From Candidatus Eiseniibacteriota bacterium (lineage in GTDB: Bacteria; Eisenbacteria; RBG-16-71-46; DASYSL01), in contig JANPEF010000045.1 in the NCBI GenBank assembly GCA_031431875.1, positions 1-64,000 on the forward strand: a DNA stretch of 64,000 bases, written 5' to 3'. Position numbers and translations under genes: made by a program. Every line of letters starts with the position of its first letter. The stretch's first letter is position 1. This document shows, piece by piece, positions 11,820 to 25,458 of the stretch. Under the pieces are notes generated by a model. That model was given only the letters and a program-made list of their open reading frames with translations, searched no databases and had not been told where the DNA came from.

Positions 11820-11836
11820 AGTAACGGTGCGGTTAA
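11820..11836 (-). promoter_or_regulatory. Second putative PHO box, upstream of the repeat-protein gene
   Basis: Minus strand TTAACC-N5-GTTACT, same geometry as the site at 11275-11291. Confidence 0.55.
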
Positions 11837-11867
11837 AACAGCGTGGGATGCGGCGGGGTGGGGCCGG

Positions 11868-13613
<1,746 letters not shown>

Positions 13614-13629
13614 GGCGCGGCGGGCCCGC

Positions 13630-14313
13630 TCAACGGACCACGAACTTGTAGCCGGCGCCGGTGACGGTGGCGATCATGGCCGCGGCCACAGGGCCGAGCT
13701 TGGCGCGGAGCCGGCGCACGTGCACGTCGACGGTCCGGGTCTCGCCTCGGAAGTCGTAGCCCCACACCTTGCTCAGGAGTTCGTCGCGCGAGAACACGCG
13801 CCCGGGATGCCGGGCGAGGAAGTAGAGCAGCTCGTACTCGCGCGGGGTCAGCGTGAGCTCGGCGCCGCCGAGGCTCGCTTCCCGCCTGGCGTGGTCGAGG
13901 CGGAGGGCCCCGGCCTCGAGGGCCTCCGGCTCGTGCGCCGGGCGCGCCCGGCGCAGCACCGCCTCGATGCGAGCGATCACTTCCTTCGGCGAGAACGGCT
14001 TGGTGATGTAGTCGTCGGCGCCGCGCTCGAAGCCCAGCAGCTTGTCCATCTCGGCGCCGCGCGCGGTCAGCAGCACGATGGGCAGGTCCCGCGTCGACGG
14101 CTCGGCGCGCACCTCGCGGAGGATCTCGAGGCCGTTGAGCCCGGGCAGGAGCAGGTCGAGCAGCACCAGGTCTGGATGCGTGGCGAAGATGCGCGCCAGG
14201 CCCTCCTCGCCGGCCACCGACACCAGCACGTTATAGCCCGCGCGCTCCAGGTTATAGCGCAGCAGTTCGCGGATCTCGCGCTCGTCGTCGACGATGAGGA
14301 TGGTGGCGGCCAC
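13630..14313 (-). CDS. phoB: OmpR/PhoB-family response regulator
   Basis: ILIVDDE, LLDLLLP, GADDYITKPF, RTVDVHVRRLRAKL; paired with phoR; GTG start inferred. Confidence 0.9.
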   Translation of the reverse strand: MAATILIVDDEREIRELLRYNLERAGYNVLVSVAGEEGLARIFATHPDLVLLDLLLPGLNGLEILREVRAEPSTRDLPIVLLTARGAEMDKLLGFERGADDYITKPFSPKEVIARIEAVLRRARPAHEPEALEAGALRLDHARREASLGGAELTLTPREYELLYFLARHPGRVFSRDELLSKVWGYDFRGETRTVDVHVRRLRAKLGPVAAAMIATVTGAGYKFVVR

Positions 14314-14715
14314 GGCGGCAGTGTAGCGATTCGAGGCGGGCTGTCCATCCGGACCGTCGGTGCAGCGACGGTCGCTCACGTCGAGCCGACGGTTTCGTCG
14401 CCGCGGCGATCGGTTGCCACTCCGGGCGCAGCCGCCAGCGTGTTGTGCGACAAGCGCTAGCGCGTGTCCCCCGCTGGCATGCGCCAGCCGGTACAAACCT
14501 TGCACTTCGCACGTCATGATGGGCCGTCGCGCTCCCACCGAGCGCCTCCTTGCGAGGCCCCTCCGGCCCCCGTACCGGTCCCCCCGAGCCCGCCGACCGG
14601 CGCGACGACCCGTCCCGCGTCTTGACGCCCGCCGGTCGCTCTGCGAGCGTACGCCTCGACTGGGGAGTCCCTCCCGCATCCCGCGGGACCCGTGCGTACC
14701 CTTGGAGGAGCCGCC

Positions 14716-15333
14716 ATGAAGCGTCTTGCTCTCGTTCTCGCCTCGCTCTGCCTGTTCGCCGTTCCGGCCTCGGCCCAGGTGTTCGGCCAGCTCCACCCCG
14801 CGCACCCGCTGCGCAACGACAGCAACCTGTGGGGCGCCTACCTCCTGCTGGGCGATCGCGTCGACGACGTCGGCCTGCTCGGCCAGGTCCGCTTCGGCTC
14901 GAGCCCGTCCTTCGACTGGGGCCTGCAGTTCGGCTTCGTCGATGGCCCGGGCGACGGCGGCATCATCCTCGGTGCCGACATCCGCCCCAGCATCAAGCGC
15001 GCCGACGGCGAGTTTCCGCTCGACCTCGCGTTCGACGGCGCCGTCGGCCTCACCATCGGCGACGGCTACACGCTGCTCGAACTGCAGCCGGCGCTGCTCT
15101 ACAGCCATCGCTTCGCCCTCGACGGCGGCGGCGCGCTTTCGCCGTATGGCTCGGTGGGCATGGACTTCCAGAGCGCGAGCTACGACAACGACAACAACGG
15201 CGACGACACCGAGGTCGACGTGATCGCCCGCTTCGGCCTGGAGTGGGAAGCGACCAGGACGTTCTCGGTCATCGGGGAGTTCGGGCTCGGCAACCAGGAC
15301 TCGTTCATCACCGGGATCAACGTGCTCTTCTAG
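14716..15333 (+). CDS. Secreted outer-membrane beta-barrel-like protein
   Basis: GGAGGAG RBS, signal peptide ending ASA-Q, alternating beta-strand pattern, C-terminal Phe. Confidence 0.7.
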   Translation: MKRLALVLASLCLFAVPASAQVFGQLHPAHPLRNDSNLWGAYLLLGDRVDDVGLLGQVRFGSSPSFDWGLQFGFVDGPGDGGIILGADIRPSIKRADGEFPLDLAFDGAVGLTIGDGYTLLELQPALLYSHRFALDGGGALSPYGSVGMDFQSASYDNDNNGDDTEVDVIARFGLEWEATRTFSVIGEFGLGNQDSFITGINVLF

Positions 15334-15366
15334 GCCGCGCGTCGCGCGACGTTCGCGGATGAACCA

Positions 15367-15393
15367 CGGGGCGCGGCCACTGGTCGTGCCCCG
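15367..15393. repeat. Palindromic hairpin/terminator; near-copy of 23807-23836
   Basis: CGGGGCGCGGCCAC-TGGTCGTGCCCCG. Confidence 0.6.
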
Positions 15394-15529
15394 CTTCGTT
15401 CTGCACCCCGGGCCAAGTGCCGTCCCTGCCGGGGGCTTCCGGGCCGAGCCCGATCCCGGATCGAGAAAATACCCCCAAAGGACTCGGAATACGTCGCTTA
15501 GGAGTTCGGACGAAAGATGAAAATCGGCC

Positions 15530-15558
15530 TTGTGGGGGGCCGGATCGGGTGCTAGTTT
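15530..15558 (+). promoter_or_regulatory. Putative dnaA promoter
   Basis: TTGTGG-17 nt-TAGTTT with an extended -10 TG. Confidence 0.45.
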
Positions 15559-15702
15559 GCCACGCCTTTCCGGAGGCGACTCACCGACCCGCTCACGGGC
15601 CCGGTTTGACGCACCCAACTGATTATTCTGCAACACGTTCCGCGCGGGGCTTCCCGGCCGACCCGAGATCGGTCGCCGGGACCATTTTCAGGACCTCCCG
15701 GG

Positions 15703-15880
15703 TGTGGACAAGAAGTGGATAGCCGGGCAGGAGGATCCGGCGAAGTTTCTATTCAACAAGGGGTTGGCGAGTTTTATCCCACTGTGGACAACTCGCGCAC
15801 GCTTCGCCTGCCCCTGGACCGCGCCCGCTTCGCAGGGCCAACGGACGCGGTCCTCCTCCGGTTTTGGGGCCTGTGGATAA
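15703..15880. promoter_or_regulatory. DnaA-box cluster upstream of dnaA (oriC part 1/autoregulation)
   Basis: TGTGGACAA at 15703-15711 and 15783-15791, perfect TGTGGATAA at 15872-15880, degenerate TTATCCCAC at 15774-15782. Confidence 0.85.
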
Positions 15881-15915
15881 CTTGGACGTCGCTTCTCACC
15901 ACAAGGATCGTTCCG

Positions 15916-17319
15916 ATGGCCGTCGACCCCACCCCGGTACTCTGGGATCGCATCCTCGATGAAGTGCAGCGCCGCCTGCCCACTCCGCAGGCGTTCGACA
16001 CCTGGTTCCAGCCCATGCGCGCCCGCGTCGTCTCCGACGCGGCGCTCGAGCTCGCGGTGCCCAGCCTGTTCTTCATCGAGTGGATCCAGCAGCACTACCT
16101 CGAGCCTCTCGCCGAGAGCGCGTTCTCCGTCCTGGGCTGCGCGCCATCGATCCGGTTCATCGTCGCTCCCGAGCTGTCCGTGCTCCCCTCGATCCTCCGG
16201 CCCGGCGAGCGCGCGCCGGAGCGCGAGCGGGCGTCCGAGTTCTATGCGCCGCCGCTGCGCCCCGCCCCGTCCTCGACGGTCTCGCCGGACGACGGCAGTG
16301 GCCTGATCTCGCGCTACACCTTCGGCACGTTCGTCGTCGGCGGCTCGAACCAGATGAGCTATGCCAGCGCCATGGGCGTCGCCGAGCATCCCGGGCAGAT
16401 GTACAACCCGCTGGTCATCTACGGCGGCGTGGGCCTGGGCAAGACGCACCTGTCGAACGCGATCGGCCACAAGGTGCGCGAGGTCAATCCCGCTGCGGTG
16501 ATCTACTACATGTCGGCCGAGAAGTTCATGAACCAGATGATCGCCGCCATCCAGACGGGCACGACGCTGGCGTTTCGCGAGAAGTACCGCCGCGCCGACC
16601 TCCTGCTCATCGACGACATCCAGTTCCTGGCCACCAAGGACGCCACGCAGGAGGAGTTCTTCCACACGTTCAACGCGCTGTACGAGTCGCAGAAGCAGAT
16701 CGTGCTCACCTGCGACAAGCCGCCGCGCGAGATCGACGGGCTCGAGGAGCGGCTGGTCTCCCGCTTCCACCAGGGCCTCGTCGTCGACGTCAAGCCGCCG
16801 GAACTCGAGACGCGGGTCGCCATCCTGCAGAAGCGGGCCGCGGCCGATCGCTTCTACCTGCCGGGCCCGCTCGCGCTGCTGATTGCCAGCCATGTGAAGG
16901 GCAACGTGCGCGAGCTCGAGGGCTGCCTGCTGCGCCTCATCGCCTACACCTCGATCGCGCGCATGTCCGAGCCGACCGAGGAGATGGCGCAGGAGATCCT
17001 GAGCGAGTTCGTGCACGCCGAGTCGCTGTCGATCGAGCCCGAGACCATCGTGCACATCGTGGCGCAGCACTACGGGATCACGCGCGAGCAGCTCAAGGGC
17101 AAGCGCCGCACCGCCTCGGTCGCGCTGCCGCGACAGATGGCGATGTCGCTGATGCGTCGCCAGACCACGCTGTCGCTGTCCGAGATCGGGCGCTTCTTCG
17201 ATCGCGATCACACGACCGTGATCCACGCCTGTGACAAGATCGAGCGCCTGAAGGTGACCGATCGGCAGATGCGCGACACCGTCGAGCGGCTTGCCGAGAC
17301 GATCCAGAACGCCCGTTGA
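15916..17319 (+). CDS. dnaA: Chromosomal replication initiator DnaA
   Basis: YTFGTFVVG.SN, YNPLVIYGGVGLGKTHL, LLIDDIQFL, QEEFFHTFN, RDHTTVIHA; ATG 15916 preferred over the longer ORF start. Confidence 0.98.
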   Translation: MAVDPTPVLWDRILDEVQRRLPTPQAFDTWFQPMRARVVSDAALELAVPSLFFIEWIQQHYLEPLAESAFSVLGCAPSIRFIVAPELSVLPSILRPGERAPERERASEFYAPPLRPAPSSTVSPDDGSGLISRYTFGTFVVGGSNQMSYASAMGVAEHPGQMYNPLVIYGGVGLGKTHLSNAIGHKVREVNPAAVIYYMSAEKFMNQMIAAIQTGTTLAFREKYRRADLLLIDDIQFLATKDATQEEFFHTFNALYESQKQIVLTCDKPPREIDGLEERLVSRFHQGLVVDVKPPELETRVAILQKRAAADRFYLPGPLALLIASHVKGNVRELEGCLLRLIAYTSIARMSEPTEEMAQEILSEFVHAESLSIEPETIVHIVAQHYGITREQLKGKRRTASVALPRQMAMSLMRRQTTLSLSEIGRFFDRDHTTVIHACDKIERLKVTDRQMRDTVERLAETIQNAR

Positions 17320-17610
17320 GGCGCCAGGACGCGCAGCGGCGGGTGGGGATGACCGGTGGAGAATCGGGGGGCAACCGGGGGGCGAAAACACCACCTTCGG
17401 GGACAACTCGAAGGGGTGGAGAATGGCTCCGGATTCGTCCCTCGCGTGGGCCGCTCGCTGGGGATGGAGTTTTAGCCCACAAACAGCTGCAGGACAACGG
17501 GTTGAAGTTCGGATGCCGGGGTTGTACACATTTCCACCGATTCTACTGGTTCTAGTTCTTTTAAGTACTTGAGAGAAAAGAGAATAAGAGATAGTCTACA
17601 GTCGATTTCC
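17320..17610. other. oriC unwinding region between dnaA and dnaN
   Basis: Degenerate DnaA boxes at 11-bp pitch (17344, 17355, 17366, 17377); tandem TTGTACACA/TTTCCACCG from 17522, followed by CTA/CTG/GTT trio-like repeats and an AT-rich tract. Confidence 0.85.
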
Positions 17611-17720
17611 CAGCTCCCCGGTTCCGTGCCTTCGGGGGGCTCGGAGACGGGGGGTTCAGACCCCCTCCGGAGCCCCGCGTTCGTCCCTGAGGCGCCCCCC
17701 CGGGAAGAGGGAGAAGTCGA

Positions 17721-18878
17721 ATGGAATTCACCATCCAGCAGGCGGATCTGTCCTACGCGCTGTCGACGGCGCTGGCGTCGGTTCCCTCCAAGAGCACCAT
17801 CCCGATTCTCTCGACGGTGCTGCTCGAGGCCGAAGGCTCGACGCTGCGCATCACGGGCACGGATCTCGACCTCACGACGTCGATCACCGTTCCGGCGAAG
17901 GTCAAGACGCCGGGTCGCGCCGCCGTGCAGGCACGCCACTTCGCCGATGCGGTACGCAAGCTGCCCCGCGACGAGGTGAAGGTCGGGCAGGATGCGCAGA
18001 ACCGCCTCTCGATCGAGTATGGCAAGGGCAAGGGCCGCACGGCCGTGCCGCGTCAGGACGACGCGCAGTTCCCCGCCGTCCCGACGGTCAAGGCCGAGCA
18101 TCAGGCCACCGTCGACGGTCCCGCCCTGGCGCGCCTGATCGCCCGCTCGGCCTATGCCGTCTCCAGCGACGAGACGCGCCAGGTGCTCACCGGCGTGTTC
18201 GTGCAGGCCGAGGGCAAGCACGTGGCGTTCGTCGCCACCGACGGCCACCGCCTGGCGCGCGCCCGGCTCAAGGGCGAGTTCGGCGGCCTGGGCAAGCAGG
18301 CGGTGATCATCCCGTCGAAGACGATCCAGACGCTGGGCCGCCTCGCCTCCGAGGCCACCAGCCCCGTCGAGATCGCAGTGTCGACGCAGCGCAATCACGT
18401 CGCGTTCAAGCTGCGCATCGGGCAGAGCGACGTGACCGTGTACTCGCGGCTGCTCGAGGGCCCGTTCCCGAACTACGAGCAGGTCATTCCCAAGTCGAAT
18501 CCCAAGGCGGTCGTCGTCGCCCGCGCCGCGTTGCGCGAGGCGCTCGATCGCGTGGCCACGCACTCGGACAACATCACCCACCAGGTGCGTTTCGCAGTCG
18601 CTCCCGGCGAGTTGCGCCTGTCGGTCAACACCGCCGACGTGGGCTCGGGCGAGGAGTCGATCGAGGCCACGTACGACGGCGAGGAACTCGAGTTGGGCTA
18701 CAACGCGATCTACCTGCTCGACATCCTCAAGACGATCGAGACCGAGAATGTGGTCTTCCGCCTCAACACGTCGATCAGCGCCGGGATCATCGAGCCGGAG
18801 GGAGCGCTCTCCGACGGCTCCGAGGAAGTGTTGTGCCTCGTGATGCCGCTGCGGCTGCCGGAGCCGGCGGGAGTTTGA
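17721..18878 (+). CDS. dnaN: DNA polymerase III beta sliding clamp
   Basis: IPILS..LL, TGTDLD, DETRQVLTGV, VATDGHRLA, SRLLEGPFPNY, LVMPLRL. Confidence 0.97.
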   Translation: MEFTIQQADLSYALSTALASVPSKSTIPILSTVLLEAEGSTLRITGTDLDLTTSITVPAKVKTPGRAAVQARHFADAVRKLPRDEVKVGQDAQNRLSIEYGKGKGRTAVPRQDDAQFPAVPTVKAEHQATVDGPALARLIARSAYAVSSDETRQVLTGVFVQAEGKHVAFVATDGHRLARARLKGEFGGLGKQAVIIPSKTIQTLGRLASEATSPVEIAVSTQRNHVAFKLRIGQSDVTVYSRLLEGPFPNYEQVIPKSNPKAVVVARAALREALDRVATHSDNITHQVRFAVAPGELRLSVNTADVGSGEESIEATYDGEELELGYNAIYLLDILKTIETENVVFRLNTSISAGIIEPEGALSDGSEEVLCLVMPLRLPEPAGV

Positions 18879-19204
18879 CGCCGCGCCGCGGACGCCCGCG
18901 CCGCGACGGCGCCGCCGCCCGGGTGGGCGACGTGCTGCCGCGCGTGCTCGGACGGCTGGGCCTGGCCGCCGACCTCGATCGCTGGCGCATGGTGAACGAG
19001 TGGGACGCCATCGTCGGCGCGCCGCTTGCCCAGCATGCCCGCGCCGTCCGCGTCGAGGGCGAGATCCTCGTCGTCGAGGCCGACAACTCGGCCGCGCTCT
19101 ACCACGTGAAGCATTTCGAGAAGCAGATGCTCGCGAACGTGCAGGCCCATCTCCGGGTCGGAACCATCCGGAACCTGCGCTTCGAGGTCCGCAATGGGTC
19201 GTAA
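18875..19204 (+). CDS. DUF721/DciA-family protein
   Basis: W..IVG..LAQHA motif; TTG start overlaps the dnaN stop; canonical position before gyrB. Confidence 0.82.
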   Translation: MTPRRGRPRRDGAAARVGDVLPRVLGRLGLAADLDRWRMVNEWDAIVGAPLAQHARAVRVEGEILVVEADNSAALYHVKHFEKQMLANVQAHLRVGTIRNLRFEVRNGS

Positions 19205-21274
<2,070 letters not shown>

Positions 21275-21299
21275 TCGCCGAATCCGGGAGAGCCGAGGC

Positions 21300-23798
<2,499 letters not shown>

Positions 23799-23806
23799 CA
23801 GCTCGC

Positions 23807-23836
23807 AAGGGGCGCGGCCACGTGGTCGCGCCCCTT
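23807..23836 (+). terminator. Hairpin/terminator after gyrA
   Basis: AAGGGGCGCGGCCA-CG-TGGTCGCGCCCCTT inverted repeat. Confidence 0.7.
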
Positions 23837-23849
23837 CGCTTCCTCTTGC

Positions 23850-23867
23850 TTGTGAAAGAGTTCACGT
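23850..23867. promoter_or_regulatory. Rex operator overlapping the rex start codon
   Basis: TTGTGAA-AGAG-TTCACGT versus consensus TTGTGAA-N4-TTCACAA. Confidence 0.8.
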
Positions 23868-24534
23868 GAGCCCGGATCACGTCAGCGACTCCACCGTACG
23901 CCGCCTTTCCAACTACCTGCGCGTGCTCGATGAACTCGAGCGCGAGGGCGAGGCGTTGATCTCATCGCAGGGACTGGCCGAGCGCGCCGGCGTCACTCCC
24001 GCCCAGGTGCGCAAGGATCTGTCCTACTTCGGATCGTTCGGTCGGCGCGGGCTGGGTTACTCGGTGGCGAGCCTTCAGGGCGAGGTGCGCGCCATCCTGG
24101 GGCTCGACCGGCGCTGGCGCGTGGGCCTGGTCGGCGCGGGGAACATCGGCAGCGCGCTGTTTGCCTACAAGGAGTTCGCGCGTCAGGGGTTCGACATCGT
24201 GGCCGTGTTCGACGACGCGCCCGATCGCATCGGCCAGGTGCTGGGTGAGCTCGAGATCCGTCCGATGGACGACTTCGAGAGCATTTGTCAGGAGCGTCGC
24301 GTCGACATCGGCGTCATCGCCACGCCCGCCAGGGACGCGCAGCAGATCGCCGACCTGATGGGGCGCGTCGGTCTGCGCGGCATCCTCAACTTCGCCCCGC
24401 GCAAGCTGTTCGTGCCCCCCACCGTGGCGCTGCGCACCGTGAACATGGCGATCGAGCTGGAGAGCCTGTCGTTCGCGCTGGCGCAGGGCGAGTCGGCCCC
24501 TCACGGCCGCCGCCGCCTGCCGCCCGGCGACTGA
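23866..24534 (+). CDS. rex: Redox-sensing transcriptional repressor Rex
   Basis: TVRRLSNYLR, QVRKDLSYFGSFGRRGLGY, GAGNIG Rossmann motif, ILNFAP. Confidence 0.96.
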   Translation: MSPDHVSDSTVRRLSNYLRVLDELEREGEALISSQGLAERAGVTPAQVRKDLSYFGSFGRRGLGYSVASLQGEVRAILGLDRRWRVGLVGAGNIGSALFAYKEFARQGFDIVAVFDDAPDRIGQVLGELEIRPMDDFESICQERRVDIGVIATPARDAQQIADLMGRVGLRGILNFAPRKLFVPPTVALRTVNMAIELESLSFALAQGESAPHGRRRLPPGD

Positions 24535-24545
24535 CGGGCGTCCCG

Positions 24546-25445
24546 ATGGCGACGTTCGCCCTCGTCCTCGTCAACCTGATCTTCGGCGCCACGTTCGTCG
24601 TGGTGAAGGATGCGATGACGCACGTCACGCCCGTGCGCTTCATCACGCTGCGCTTCCTGGTCGGCGGCGGCGTCCTGCTGTTCCTCGCGCTGTTGCGCGA
24701 GCGCGCGGCGCTGCGGCGCGGGCGCACGTGGCGCGACGGCGCGTTGCTCGGGGCGCTGCTCTACCTCGGGTTCGCCACGCAGACGGCCGGCCTGGTCTTC
24801 ATCACGCCGGCGATCTCGGCGTTCATCACCGCCACTTCGGTGCCTTTCGTCCCCGTGCTCGCCGTCCTGTTCCTGCGCGATCGCGTGACCCCGGCCGCCT
24901 GGGCGGGAGTCGGGCTCGCCTTCGCCGGACTGCTCGCGCTGACGTGGCCGGGCGGAAACCTCGGCTTCGGCCCGGGCGAGGCGCTGACGATCGCGACCGC
25001 GGTCGCCTTTGCGGCGCACTTCGTCGCCACCGCGCATCTCGCCTCGCGCACGCCGCCCCTGGCGCTGGCCGGCGCGCAGATTGCGTGCGCCGGCGTGCTG
25101 GCGCTGGTGACGCTGCCGCTCGACGGGGCGCTGTTCCGCGCCGGAGCGATCGTCGTCGCCCCGGCGCCGCTGTTCGCCCCGCTGCCGGCGATCGCATGGG
25201 CCGAGATCGCGGGCATGGGCCTCGTGGCGACGGCGTTCGCTTACCTCGTCCAGACCTGGGCGCAGCGCACCGTGCCGGCGACGCAGGTCGCGGTCATCTT
25301 CGCGCTCGAGCCGGTGTTCGCGACCTTGTTCTCGGCGGCGCTGGTCGGCGAGCGCTTCGGCTGGCGCGCCGGGGTCGGGATGGCATGCATCCTCGCGGGC
25401 ATGATCGTCGTGTCGCTGCGCGGCGGAGTCGCCGACCGTCCCTGA
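24546..25445 (+). CDS. DMT/EamA-family transporter
   Basis: About 10 TM segments; G.TFVVVK, LRF, QTAGL, QTWAQ, LEPVFA. Confidence 0.9.
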   Translation: MATFALVLVNLIFGATFVVVKDAMTHVTPVRFITLRFLVGGGVLLFLALLRERAALRRGRTWRDGALLGALLYLGFATQTAGLVFITPAISAFITATSVPFVPVLAVLFLRDRVTPAAWAGVGLAFAGLLALTWPGGNLGFGPGEALTIATAVAFAAHFVATAHLASRTPPLALAGAQIACAGVLALVTLPLDGALFRAGAIVVAPAPLFAPLPAIAWAEIAGMGLVATAFAYLVQTWAQRTVPATQVAVIFALEPVFATLFSAALVGERFGWRAGVGMACILAGMIVVSLRGGVADRP

Positions 25446-25458
25446 TGCCGCAGCGGCC

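Noticed and set aside
15715..15915. 67-aa N-terminal extension of DnaA suggested by the ORF track
   Set aside because: The stretch consists of DnaA boxes and leader sequence; DnaA domain I similarity starts at ATG 15916
23859..23872. parS-like TTCACGTGA near the origin
   Set aside because: Flanks do not match TGTTTCACGTGAAACA; better explained as a Rex half-site plus the start codon
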